Position numbers and translations under genes: made by a program
Notes under the pieces: model-generated
What the model saw: the letters and a program-made list of their open reading frames with translations, nothing else
Database searches by the model: none
Told to the model about the DNA's origin: nothing
NCBI GenBank assembly: GCA_963666755.2
Contig: CAXXGW010000002.1
Coordinates: 41,606 to 105,605 of the forward strand
Source of the DNA: Candidatus Limiplasma sp.
GTDB lineage: Bacteria > Bacillota > Clostridia > Christensenellales > Aristaeellaceae
Direction: 5' to 3'
DNA: 64,000 bases
Shown: positions 44,651-57,000 of the stretch, one piece after another
How the letters are laid out: the number at the start of each line of letters is the position of its first letter
Position numbering within the stretch: the stretch's first letter is position 1

Positions 44651-45535
44651 ATGTTTCAAACCCTGCAGATCGTATTTTTCAGCGGTACGGGCGGCACGGC
44701 ACGCGTGGCGGCGCGGCTGGCGGAGGCTTTTACGCGCCGGGGTATAGCGGTGCAGCGCTGCGCGCTGCGCGCAAAGCCCTGCGCGCCCTTTACCGCCGAG
44801 GCGCTGGCGCTGCTGTACCCCGTGTACGCGGCCAACGCGCCCCAGCCCATTGGGGAATGGATTGCCGCCGCGCCTCCGGGCGAAAACCGCCCGGCCATCG
44901 TGATTTCCGTTTCCGGCGGGGGCGAGGTTTCGCCCAACACAGCCTGCCGGGTTGCCACCGTGCGTGCCTTGCGCGCCAAAGGCTACCGCGTTGTGTACGA
45001 GGCCATGGCCGTGATGCCCGCCAACTTTCTTGTGCCCTACAGCGACACACTTTCCGCGCTGCTGCTGCGCAAAGCCGCGCCTGTGGCCGAGCGCATCGCC
45101 GCAGAGGTGCTGGCCGGGGTAGAACGCCATCCACGGCCGTTGCCCATCGACCGCGTTGTGTCGGTGGCATGTCTGGTGGAGCATCTGGGCAGCCGGTTAT
45201 TCGGCCGCAGTCTGCATGCCTCGCCCGATTGTTCCGGCTGCGGGCTGTGCGAGGCGAACTGCCCACGCGGCAACATCGTGCTGCAAAACGGCAGGCCGGT
45301 CTTCGGCAACCGTTGTGTGTTCTGCCTGCGCTGCGTATACGGGTGCCCGCGCCGGGGTATTGAGCCCGGTTTTGCCCGTTTCACCATTCTCAAGGATGGG
45401 TTTAACCTTGCCGCAGTCGAAGCCCGCACGTGGGATCAGACTTCGTTCCCCCCAGTTGAGGAACTCACCCCCGGCAAAGCGCTGGCCGGAGTACGCGCCT
45501 ATCTGCTGGCGGACGAAACTACGCCGCAAGCGTAA
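44651..45535 (+). CDS. flavodoxin-like + 2x[4Fe-4S] ferredoxin-domain protein (EFR1-type)
   Basis: N-terminal IVFFSGTGGTARVA flavodoxin-like loop and two CxxCxxCxxxCP motifs (CSGCGLCEANCP, CVFCLRCVYGCP). Confidence 0.75.
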   Translation: MFQTLQIVFFSGTGGTARVAARLAEAFTRRGIAVQRCALRAKPCAPFTAEALALLYPVYAANAPQPIGEWIAAAPPGENRPAIVISVSGGGEVSPNTACRVATVRALRAKGYRVVYEAMAVMPANFLVPYSDTLSALLLRKAAPVAERIAAEVLAGVERHPRPLPIDRVVSVACLVEHLGSRLFGRSLHASPDCSGCGLCEANCPRGNIVLQNGRPVFGNRCVFCLRCVYGCPRRGIEPGFARFTILKDGFNLAAVEARTWDQTSFPPVEELTPGKALAGVRAYLLADETTPQA

Positions 45536-45674
45536 GCTGCGCGCATGCGGGCGGCTTCACCATGCGGTGCGTCGGGATGCTGTCCGGCACAGCTGGTTAT
45601 AAAGTGAGGCTATGTGCCAGACTAGTCTAAAGGAACGGCGCGGAACTACAACCGTTGTGAGAAACGGCAAAGCA

Positions 45675-45790
45675 CTACCGCCGCTCGCCTCATAGCGCCT
45701 GCGGCGCTGTTCGCTCGCTTTCTGGTTTACGCTGCGGCGTTAAACTTTGAGGCTCCGCCTCAAACTCCGGCAGGAGGCAGTGCCTCCTGC
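45675..45790. repeat. solo mosaic repeat modules
   Basis: CCGCTCGCCTCATAGCGCCTGCGGCGCTGTTCGCTCGC plus the GCAGGAGGCAGTGCCTCCTGC hairpin (45770-45790). Both are shared with the 35-kb array. Confidence 0.8.
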
Positions 45791-45811
45791 ACCTCCGCTT
45801 TGCATTATCAA

Positions 45812-45850
45812 AGGCCCCGCGCCACCCTTCCTTGGGGTGTCGCGGGGCCT
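45812..45850. terminator. bidirectional terminator hairpin (gyrA 3' end / convergent + strand gene)
   Basis: AGGCCCCGCG…CGCGGGGCCT stem with T-rich tracts on both strands. Confidence 0.7.
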
Positions 45851-45871
45851 TTCGTGTTTCACGATGGTTTT

Positions 45872-48448
45872 TTACAGTTCGTCATCCTGCGGGGCGGGCG
45901 GTTCCGGCGTGCTGTCCTCCGCGTCAAAGGCGGTGGCGGTGCTTTCGCCAATCACGTCGGGGTCCTCACTGGTGATGGCCTCCACCGCTTCCTCCAGCGC
46001 ATCCTCGGTGGCGTCGTCCTCCTGCTCCTGCTCCGCTCGCGCCACGGCGACGATCTTGGTGCCCTCGCCAATGCGCATCAACCGCACGCCCTGCGCGTTG
46101 CGCCCGGTTTCGCGGATGGCCGCCGCCGCCATGCGGATGATGGTGCCGTCGTCGGTTACCAGCAGCACATCCTCGTCCTCACGCACGGCCATCTGGGCCA
46201 CCATCAGGCCGGTCTTGTCGTTCAGCTGCATGGCCTTTACGCCCATGCCGTTACGCCCCTGTTCGCGGTAAGCGTCGGGGTCGGTCAGCTTGCCGTAGCC
46301 GTTTTCGGTAATGCTGAGCACCTTCATGCCCTCGTCCAGCACGCTCATGTCGATCAGCACATCATTCTCACGCAGCTTCATGGCGTGCACGCCGCGTGCC
46401 ATGCGGCCCATGGGGCGCAGGGTGTCCGCTTCGTTAAAGCGGATAGCCTTGCCGTGCCGGCTGCCCAGCAGCAGCGTCTGCGCGCCGTCGGTCAGCTCCA
46501 CGCCGGCCAGCTCGTCCCCTTCGTTCAGGGTCAGGGCGATCAGCCCGGACTTACGCAGGTTGGCAAACTCGGCATACGGGGTCTTTTTAATATAGCCGCC
46601 GCGGGTCATCATCACCACGTTATGGTTATCCAGCTCCCGCGGTACGGGGATCATCGCGGTTACGCGTTCGTCGCCGCCCAGTGCCAGCAGGTTCACAATC
46701 GCGATGCCGCGCGCCGCGCGCCCCGCCTCGGGAATCTGGTAGCACTTAAGCGCGTACACGCGGCCCCGGTTGGTAAAGAAGAGAATCTCCTCATGGGTGT
46801 TGACAATGATCAGCTGCTTGACAAAATCCTCCTCGCGGGTCGCCATGCCGGCCACGCCGCGCCCGCCGCGGTGCTGCGCCCGGTAGGTGGATTTAGGCAG
46901 GCGCTTGATGTAGCCGAAGCTGGTCATGGTCACGACCATGTCGTCCGCCTGGATCAGGTCCTCAATGTCGATTTCACCTTCCAGATGCGTCAGCTCCGTG
47001 CGGCGCTCGTCGGCAAACTGATCGCGGATGGCGCTCATCTCGGTCTTAATCACGCCCAGCAGCAGCTGCTCGTCGTTCAGCAGGCTTTGCAGGTAGGCGA
47101 TCTGCTTTTCCAGCTCGCGGTATTCGTCCATCAGCTTATCGCGCTCCAGCCCCGTCAGGCGGGCCAGGCGCATATCGAGGATCGCCTGCGCCTGCTTATC
47201 GCTGAACTGGAAGCGCTCGATCAGCGCCGCGCGCGCCCCGGCCACATCCGGCGCGGTTTTAATGATCTGCACAATCTCGTCGATATGGTCCAGCGCCTTG
47301 AGCAGACCCTCCAAAATATGGGCGCGGGCCTCGGCCTTATCCAGCTCGTAACGGGTGCGGCGGGTAACGACTTCCTTCTGGTGGCGGATGTAGTGGTAGA
47401 GCATCTCCCGCAGGGTGAGCACCTTGGGTTCGCCATCCACCAGCGCCAGCATGTTCACGCCGAAGGTTTCCTGCAGCTGCGTGTGCTTGTACAGGGTATT
47501 GAGCATCACCTGCGGGTTCACGTCGCGCTTGAGCTCAATGACCACGCGCATGCCGTTGCGGTCGCTCTCATCGCGGATGTCGCTGATGCCGTCCACGCGC
47601 TTTTCGTGCACCAGCTCGGCGATTTTTTCCACCAGCTTGGCCTTGTTGACCATGTAGGGGATTTCGGTTACCACAATGCGCTGGCGGTTTTGCGGCATGG
47701 CCTCAATCTCGGTGCGGGCGCGCATCAGGATGCGACCGCGCCCCGTGTGGTACGCGGCGCGGATGCCGCTGTACCCGAGGATCAGCCCGCCCGTGGGGAA
47801 GTCCGGCCCTTTGATAAAGGTCATCAGATCGTCCACGCTGCAATCGGGGTGGTCGATCATGTACACGCAGCCGTCCACCACCTCGCGCAGGTTATGCGGG
47901 GGGATGTTGGTGGCCATGCCCACGGCAATGCCGCTGGAGCCGTTCACCAGCAGGTTGGGGAAGCGGCTGGGCAGCACCGTGGGCTGCATGAGGGTTTCGT
48001 CGAAGTTGGGGTAGAAATCGACGGTGTCCTTATCGATCTCACCCAGCAGGTGCATGGTCAGCTTGGACATGCGGGCTTCGGTGTAACGCATGGCGGCCGC
48101 GCCGTCGCCGTCCACCGAGCCGAAGTTGCCCTGCCCCTCCACCAGCATATAGCGGATGTTAAAATTCTGCGCCAGGCGCACCATCGCCTCGTAGACGCTG
48201 CTATCGCCGTGGGGGTGGTATTTACCCAGCACATCGCCCACGATGCGGGCGCTCTTGCGGTAAGGCTTGTCGGGGGTCATGCCCAGCTCGTTCATCGCGT
48301 AAAGAATGCGCCGGTGCACGGGCTTGAGGCCGTCGCGCACATCGGGCAGCGCGCGGTTAATAATAACCGCCATCGCATAGCTGATGAAGGAGGTCTTCAT
48401 TTCCCGTTCCAGGTCCGTCGGAATCAGTTTATCGATAATGTCAGACAT
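45872..48448 (-). CDS. gyrA: DNA gyrase subunit A
   Basis: [30 protein letters not shown], the active-site region [10 protein letters not shown] and a C-terminal beta-pinwheel with an acidic tail. Confidence 0.97.
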   Translation of the reverse strand: MSDIIDKLIPTDLEREMKTSFISYAMAVIINRALPDVRDGLKPVHRRILYAMNELGMTPDKPYRKSARIVGDVLGKYHPHGDSSVYEAMVRLAQNFNIRYMLVEGQGNFGSVDGDGAAAMRYTEARMSKLTMHLLGEIDKDTVDFYPNFDETLMQPTVLPSRFPNLLVNGSSGIAVGMATNIPPHNLREVVDGCVYMIDHPDCSVDDLMTFIKGPDFPTGGLILGYSGIRAAYHTGRGRILMRARTEIEAMPQNRQRIVVTEIPYMVNKAKLVEKIAELVHEKRVDGISDIRDESDRNGMRVVIELKRDVNPQVMLNTLYKHTQLQETFGVNMLALVDGEPKVLTLREMLYHYIRHQKEVVTRRTRYELDKAEARAHILEGLLKALDHIDEIVQIIKTAPDVAGARAALIERFQFSDKQAQAILDMRLARLTGLERDKLMDEYRELEKQIAYLQSLLNDEQLLLGVIKTEMSAIRDQFADERRTELTHLEGEIDIEDLIQADDMVVTMTSFGYIKRLPKSTYRAQHRGGRGVAGMATREEDFVKQLIIVNTHEEILFFTNRGRVYALKCYQIPEAGRAARGIAIVNLLALGGDERVTAMIPVPRELDNHNVVMMTRGGYIKKTPYAEFANLRKSGLIALTLNEGDELAGVELTDGAQTLLLGSRHGKAIRFNEADTLRPMGRMARGVHAMKLRENDVLIDMSVLDEGMKVLSITENGYGKLTDPDAYREQGRNGMGVKAMQLNDKTGLMVAQMAVREDEDVLLVTDDGTIIRMAAAAIRETGRNAQGVRLMRIGEGTKIVAVARAEQEQEDDATEDALEEAVEAITSEDPDVIGESTATAFDAEDSTPEPPAPQDDEL

Positions 48449-48520
48449 TCGTATGCTCCTTTGCGCACGCGGGGCGGGGTACGGCCGGGGGGCGAACCCC
48501 CGCGGCGGCCCGCGTCGCGC

Positions 48521-50635
<2,115 letters not shown>

Positions 50636-50755
50636 TCACTACACTCCTTTGGGGGCCGGCAGCGGCGGATTTGCGGAAACGGTTCCCGTACCGGTTTGCG
50701 GCGCGGGGTTCCATCGTCGGCTGCCGTGCGATAAAACCTTATTTTGTAACGCTTT

Positions 50756-50784
50756 ATTATAGCATTTTTTCACGAATTTGGGAA
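50756..50784 (-). promoter_or_regulatory. candidate extended -10 promoter for gyrBA
   Basis: On the minus strand: TTCCCA (50779-50784), 17-nt spacer, TGcTATAAT (TATAAT at 50756-50761). It sits inside the only AT-rich patch upstream of gyrB. Confidence 0.55.
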
Positions 50785-50919
50785 GCGTTTCTTCCTTAAT
50801 ATATGCGAACAGTTTTGATTCTCTATACTTTATAACGGCAAACCGCTTGCCGTATGCAAAGCCATGCCGCGCGAGAGCCGCCGGCGCTGCGGTTACGGTT
50901 GAGGGTAAGCTTTTCAGCT

Positions 50920-51110
50920 GCGGCGATGTGCCGCTCTCTTTTTCATCCGAGGGTACAAGCAACCCGACTGTCCAACTGGAGCATACCGGGTGTTACGGAT
51001 CGTGCCTGCATTATGGCGAGGCCTGTTACCGCCGCGTAGGAGAGCCATCGGCGCGGTGATTTCCGGCACAAGCAGCTGATTCCCATGCGGCGGTGTGCCG
51101 CCCTCTTTTT
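50920..51110 (+). repeat. two terminator-like hairpin+T-tract motifs, 167 bp apart
   Basis: GCGGCGATGTGCCGCTCTCTTTTTCATCCGAGG starts at 50920 and GCGGCGGTGTGCCGCCCTCTTTTTCATCCGAGG at 51087. Weaker similarity follows (GTGCCTGCATTATGGCGAGGC vs GTGCCTGTACGATGGCAAGGC). Confidence 0.6.
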
Positions 51111-51481
51111 CATCCGAGGTTGCTTCTCACCCCGTCTGTATACTCTGGGCGTACCCCGATGTTCGGGTTAGTGCCTGTACGATGGCAAGGCGCGTGGCTG
51201 CGGCACGCCCCCGTGCAGGGAACTGCTTTGCCCCGCGCCGTGGGCGCAGGGACGCAACGACAGGCAAGCGCCCGGCAGTCCGGCGCGTGTTCGCCAACCC
51301 TGCCGGGCGCCATATTTCCATACGGTAGGTAAGCCAACCTCCGCAGGCAACCGGATTGCCCGCCAGCGTAAGCGTTGCCCCCATGGTGGCTGCCGTAACG
51401 GCAAGCCGTCTGATGCGGAGAACGCCGCATGGCTGCGTATGCGTTTCTTGCTTGCAGCAAGGCTTGCCGCCCTGCGGCGCG

Positions 51482-52309
51482 CTATTCCGCCTGCGGGCTC
51501 AGCCCCAGCTGCGTCGCCAGCTCGTCGGCGCGGGCGGCCGCGTCCCGGTAGGTGCCCAGGCCTGAAAACAGATTGTATGCCTGCTGCGCCTGCCCCTGTG
51601 CGGCCAGCGCGTCCGCCTGATCGTAGAGCTGGTCGCGGTAATAATCCTTGCACTGCTTGGCCTGCGCCTGCGCGTCAAAATAATCGCCCAGCAAGCCGAA
51701 CCAGTCCAGCGCCTGGTCGTAACTGCCCGCCGCCTTCAGTTCGCGGGCATGGTCGTACACCTGGGATTGGAGGTTGCTCAGCCGGTCGGCTGCATCGGCG
51801 TAAGCGCCCGCATCGTCATAGGCGAACAGCGCGGTTTCGTAATCCTTGGCATCCTCGGCGTTGCGGCCCTTGCAGTAGGCGGCGCGGACAGGCGCATCCT
51901 CAAACTCCCCCAGCGAGGCGAAGGTTTCGGCCGCCTGATCGAACGCTGCGCTCGCCTGCAGCCCATCGGCATGGCAATAGGTATAGCGCTGTTTGCCGTA
52001 CATAAAATCCTGCGTTTTTTCGAAATACGGCTCGGCGGCGGCATAATCGCCCTGCTCGTAATGTACCAGTCCGTGCGAATACGCGGCATAGGTGGCCGAT
52101 TGCTGGTAGTTGCCCAGCTGATCGAACGCGTCGGCGGCTGCGGCGTAATCCGCGGAGGCGAACTTGGCAATCGCCTTGTTATACGTGGCGGATAAATCCC
52201 CGGCGCAGCCGCTCAAAAGCAGCGCAGCGCCCAGCACGAGCATAAGCGCTGCCGCGCGCCTGCCGCGCCGTGCGCGGGGGTTAGCCTCCCGCCGTCTGAG
52301 CCGAAGCAT
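51482..52309 (-). CDS. lipoprotein with TPR-like Ala/Tyr/Asp-rich repeats
   Basis: Lipobox LLLSGC after a basic N-terminus. Repeated ~34-aa units of the type …DYAAAADAFDQLGNYQQS…. GGGAGGG lies 7 nt upstream. Confidence 0.6.
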   Translation of the reverse strand: MLRLRRREANPRARRGRRAAALMLVLGAALLLSGCAGDLSATYNKAIAKFASADYAAAADAFDQLGNYQQSATYAAYSHGLVHYEQGDYAAAEPYFEKTQDFMYGKQRYTYCHADGLQASAAFDQAAETFASLGEFEDAPVRAAYCKGRNAEDAKDYETALFAYDDAGAYADAADRLSNLQSQVYDHARELKAAGSYDQALDWFGLLGDYFDAQAQAKQCKDYYRDQLYDQADALAAQGQAQQAYNLFSGLGTYRDAAARADELATQLGLSPQAE

Positions 52310-52312
52310 CGT

Positions 52313-52900
52313 CTATCCCTCCCTGATCTGTGGGCGCGCCTGATACTCCGATCGGAGGATCGCGTACAGCTCCACATCGGCAAAGCGCCCCTTGTTGTAA
52401 ATACGCTGGCGCAGCAGCCCCTCGCGGCACATGCCGACGTGGCGCATCACCGCGCCGCTGGCGGGGTTGTCGGTTTCGTGCTGCGCCTCCACCCGGTTCA
52501 GGTGCAGGTTGTCAAAACAGTAGCCCAGCATCGCGCCCAGCGCCTCGGACATCAGCCCGCGGTTCCAGTAGGCGCGGCTCAGGCTGTAGCCCACCTCGGC
52601 GGCGTTGTTCTCCTTCTGGATCCACATGATGCCGATGGTGCCGATCACGCGCCGCTCGGCGTTCAGCTCAATCACGAAGGTTCCCGGCTCGCCGTTACGG
52701 TACTGGCGTTGCAGGTAGCGGATATAGCCGCGCGTCTGGTGGATGGAGGTATGCGCCTCCCACAGCACGTGGCGCGCCACTTCGGGGTCGCGGGAATAGG
52801 CGTACAGATCGCGCGCGTCGGTCATGCGCACGGCACGCAGGGTCAGGCGCGGCGTTTGCAGGGTGGGCAGCATGGAAAACGCTTCACGGTCGATCAGCAT
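52313..52900 (-). CDS. GNAT N-acetyltransferase (RimJ/RimL-like)
   Basis: LQTPRLTLRAVRMTDARDLY…EVGYSLSRAYWNRGLMSEAL…NPASGAVMRHVGM is the typical Acetyltransf_3 pattern. The start is ambiguous (52900 or 52873). Confidence 0.85.
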   Translation of the reverse strand: MLIDREAFSMLPTLQTPRLTLRAVRMTDARDLYAYSRDPEVARHVLWEAHTSIHQTRGYIRYLQRQYRNGEPGTFVIELNAERRVIGTIGIMWIQKENNAAEVGYSLSRAYWNRGLMSEALGAMLGYCFDNLHLNRVEAQHETDNPASGAVMRHVGMCREGLLRQRIYNKGRFADVELYAILRSEYQARPQIREG

Positions 52901-52936
52901 GCGCAGGCGGCAACCTCCCAATCGTACAGAGTGGGG

Positions 52937-53083
52937 CTACGCGGGCAAGCCCGGCGGCGGAAAGGCCGGCGGCGCGCCCGTGACAACGCCCACCGCCCAC
53001 AGGAGTGCGCCCAGCGCCAGCAGCACGTACAGGCAGACCATCAGCCAGAAATAGGCACCCTTTGGGGTATGTGCGGATCGCAT
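52937..53083 (-). CDS. 48-aa single-TM small protein (not in the ORF track)
   Basis: Reads MRSAHTPKGAYFWLMVCLYVLLALGALLWAVGVVTGAPPAFPPPGLPA*. GGGAGGAGGG lies 8 nt upstream. It fills the gap between the NUDIX and GNAT genes on the same strand. Confidence 0.4.
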   Translation of the reverse strand: MRSAHTPKGAYFWLMVCLYVLLALGALLWAVGVVTGAPPAFPPPGLPA

Positions 53084-53173
53084 CGGGCTGTCCCTCCTCC
53101 CTGCGGCAGGCATTTGGTTTTAGGGTGCGGGATGGCGCGGGCCTGCCGCGCCGTTGGATACGCGGAGGCTTGC

Positions 53174-53758
53174 TTACGTTTCCGGCGCCAGCCCGTGGAT
53201 GGCGGCCCACGCAAGCATCAGCCCCAGCGCGGTTTTGCCGTCGTACAGCTCGCCGCTGCGCACGCGCGCCACCGCCTCGGCCAGCGGCATGCGCACCACG
53301 TGCAGGAACTCGTCTTCATCTAAATGAGCGTCGTGCGGGCTTAGCCCTCGCGCCAGGTAGATGCTCACCCGCTCGGTGCAGAAGCCCGGCGTGGTAATCA
53401 TCGGGCACAGGAGCGTCCACTCGGCGGCGTTCAGGCCGGTTTCCTCCTCCAGCTCGCGGCGGGCGCAGGCCAGCGGATCCTCCCCGGCACTGTCCAGCTT
53501 GCCGGCGGGGATTTCCAGCAGCACGGCATCCACCGCCACGCGGTGCTGCCGCACAAGGGTGACCATGCCATGCTCGTCCACCGGCACCACGGCGGCGGCG
53601 CCCTTGTGGCGCACGATCTCCCGCAGGGCCTCTCGGCCATCGGGCAGGCGCACGGTCATGTGGTATACATCAATGATTTTACCCGGGAACACCATTTCTT
53701 CGTGCAGGGGCACCTCGCGCAGTTCCGCGTCCGCGATCGGAGGGGTTTGTGGGGTCAT
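53174..53758 (-). CDS. NUDIX hydrolase (ADP-ribose pyrophosphatase-like)
   Basis: Nudix box GKLDSAGEDPLACARRELEEETG. ATG 53758 lies 9 nt after GGAGG. The upstream extension to 53923 is unsupported. Confidence 0.85.
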   Translation of the reverse strand: MTPQTPPIADAELREVPLHEEMVFPGKIIDVYHMTVRLPDGREALREIVRHKGAAAVVPVDEHGMVTLVRQHRVAVDAVLLEIPAGKLDSAGEDPLACARRELEEETGLNAAEWTLLCPMITTPGFCTERVSIYLARGLSPHDAHLDEDEFLHVVRMPLAEAVARVRSGELYDGKTALGLMLAWAAIHGLAPET

Positions 53759-54008
53759 GCTCGTTCGCCTCCAGACAGAATGGGGCCGTATGGCTCGTAT
53801 CTTTCGACGCCCAAGCCCCAAAACCCTTGCTGTGAATGAAAAACATTCGTAACATTTAGCCGTCTGCCGATCCGGCGCGAATCGCGCAAACCCTTTCAAG
53901 GCAAAGTTTTTTCGCCTTGACAATACGTTACCAAGCCGTTACAATAAAGCCATCAAAGGCCGTTTTTATATCCTCGACGCGCGCCTTTTGGATAAGGAGG
54001 GACCCGCT

Positions 54009-57000
54009 ATGAAGTCTCATGCCGTTTCCCCGCTGCGCCGCCTGACGGCTGGATTGGTTACGCTGGCCCTGCTGCTTTGGCAGCTGGCTTTGCCCGTTTA
54101 CGCTTTCGCCCTCACCCAGGACGAAATAGCCGCCATGCCCACCGTGACGGTCAACTTTCAAACCGCGGAAGGCGGCCCTGTAAACCAGTTGGCCGCCACC
54201 CCCACCACGGACGCGACGGGCAAGGCCTACTGGATTACCCTGCCCGCCGAGGCGTTCAGCTACCCCGTAACGCTGAGCATCGTACCCAGCGCCGCCGCCC
54301 CCACCTACACCTTTACGCCGGACGCCAGCACCCCCGTGCAGCTGCCGCCCTCGCCTTCCGATTACACCGGGGAATCGGTGCTGCTGACCGCCTATCAGGA
54401 CGGCGTTGTGATGGAGGAGTACCACCTGTACCTTTCCACCGCGACGATGCCCGCTGAGGTGCCGCCCGCGACCGTGCCCGTTACGTACGTGGACGCAGCC
54501 GACCCCAACATTGTGCTGTATTCGGAAATGTTCACCGCCTATTATAACACCGATAACGTGGTCATGGCCGATTCCAGCCACGTGCCGGACGGCTATACCC
54601 TGCAGGGGGATAACGGCGCGTACGTGACTGTGGATGAGACCGGCACACCCTCGCCCGCCAGCGTGACTTTTTACTTCGCCAAGGCGGCCGTCAAGGGTAC
54701 GGTAACCGTCTACTATACCGATCTGGGCGGCAACGAGCTGGCCAGCCCCCAGACGCTTACGCTGGACCCCGGCACCTACCCGATTTCGCCGGACCTCAAT
54801 CTGGTGCCCGCGGGTTATACCCTGAGCGACACCACCCCCGCCCCGGTGGAAGTGACCATCGGCAGCGACGGCGTGGCCAGCCGCGAAGCCATTACCTTCG
54901 AGTTTGCCGAAACCGTGGTGGAAACCACCACCCCCGTAACGGATACGCCCACTACCGAAGCCCCGCAGACCGAAACCCCGACCACCGACACGCCCACAAC
55001 CGATACCCCCACCACCGATACGCCTACCACCGATACCCCGCCGGAAACCACCACCCCGGTGGAAACGACCGCCCCTGTGCTGACCCCGGTAAACCTGTAT
55101 GCGCAGGTGAGCAGCTCCACCGCCAACTTCCGTACCGAAACGAGCACCTCCAGCGCCAAGGCGTTTGCCGATGTAAGCAACGGCGCCTACCTGTGGGTGT
55201 ATGGCACGCTGGTTGTGCCCGACGATAAGGGCGTCGACGTGACGTGGGCCAAGATCGCCTACAACGGCACCGATTGCTATGTGTGGTACAGCCTGATTTC
55301 CGTGCTCAGCCAGGAGGACAGCGACGCCTACAACTACGCGCAGCCCTCCCCTGTGCCCGGCACCGAAACCCAGGCCCCTGTCGAAACCACCGCCAGCCCG
55401 AGCCCCAGCCCTAGCCCCTCGCCCCTGCCCGCGCAGGTTACGGGGTATTTCTACACGCTGGCCGAAGCCCCGATGGTGGCCGGCGCAGGCAGCGATACGA
55501 TTCTGGCGACCCTGCCCGCCAATACCGGCGTGTATGTGGAAGGGCAGAACTATCTGGACAGCGTCGCCTGGCATAAGGTGACCTATCAGGGCACCGCGGG
55601 CTACATCCGCGAGGATTATCTGCGCATGATGACCGCCGACGAGGTGACCGCCTTCCTGACCACGCCCTCGCCGTCGCCCTCCCCCTCCCTGTCGCCTTCG
55701 CCTTCGCCGACCGATTCTCCGTCCCCGTCGCCTTCGCCTTCCGTATCTCCGTCCGTGTCTCCGTCCGAATCGCCCAGCGCATCCCCGTCCCCCTCCGTGT
55801 CGCCCTCGCCTTCGCCCCTGCCGCAGTATGTGGGCTATGCCGTCACCACGGCGCAGACCGCCCTGCGGGATAACGCCAGTCTGGACGACAGCTCCATCAT
55901 CGTAACCCTGCCGGTGAACACGCTGCTGGTTCTGAACGGCCAGACCACGCTGAACGGCGTGGTGTGGACGGGCGCGCAGACGCGCCTTGGCACCAACTAC
56001 ATCGGCATTTTGCAGGACGCCTCGGTGCAGCGCATTACCGACGCGCAGGCGCAGGCCCTGATCGACGCCTACAATGCCGCGCACGCGACCCCGACGCCGA
56101 CCGTCACCCCCACGCCCACGCCGGTGCCCGCCCAGCTTTCGGGCTACTACATCACGCTGGGCACCGTGCCGCTGCGCACCGTGAACAGCAACTATGCCGA
56201 CGTGACCCTCTGGCTGGCCGCCAACACCGTGGTAAACGTGAGCGGGCAGGTGTATAACGAGGGCTACGGCTGGCACGTGAGCACCTACGGTCAGTATGTC
56301 GGCTACATCCGCGCCGACCAGATGCGCAAGCTGAGCGATGCCGAGGTGGAAGCCTATAAAAAGACGCTCTCCACCCCGACCCCGACCCCCGCATCCACCG
56401 CGCAGCCTTATAACCCCTATGCCGATTCCAGCTACGGGTACGTGTCGTCCAGCACGGTCAACTTCCGTGCCGAGCCCAGCAGCAGCGCCGCCAAGCTCAA
56501 GACGCTCAAGCAGTACGCTTTCGCGCTGATTCTGGGCTCCAAGACGGTTAACGGCACGCTGTGGTACAACATCAATCAGGCGGGCACCACCGGCTGGGTG
56601 GACGGCCGCTATTTCCAGGTGCTGAACCTTTCGGAGCTGAGCACCTTCCTCAACAGCAGCAACTACCTGGCGGGGCTGACCAACAACTCCACCTCGGGCA
56701 GCAGTTCCAGCTCCAGCTCCGGTTCCACCAGCAGTACCAGCGGCGGCAGCAGCGCGTCCGCTTCGCAGGGGCAGGTCAGCAGCGTGGAGGATTGGAACGT
56801 AGGCGTGTGGAAGAACCCCAGCGCAGGGCTGAGCGCCTCCTACGAGCCGTTCAACCCCTACGCGACGCCCACCGCGCCGCTCGTTTCCGCCAGCCCCACG
56901 CCCTCGCCGACCCCCACCTTTGTTGTCGGCACAATGATCCCCATCCCGTATGAAGAAGCCAGCACCGAAACGCAAACCGGCGGCAGCGGCTGGGTCGGCC

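Noticed and set aside
54940-55830. DNA tandem repeats: 15-bp ACCACCGATACGCCC-type repeats at ~54940-55040 and TCGCC(T/C)TCGCC-type repeats at ~55660-55830
   Set aside because: They lie in frame inside the surface-protein gene and encode (PTTDT)n and (SP)n linkers. They are coding low-complexity sequence, not independent elements, although they may be length-variable.
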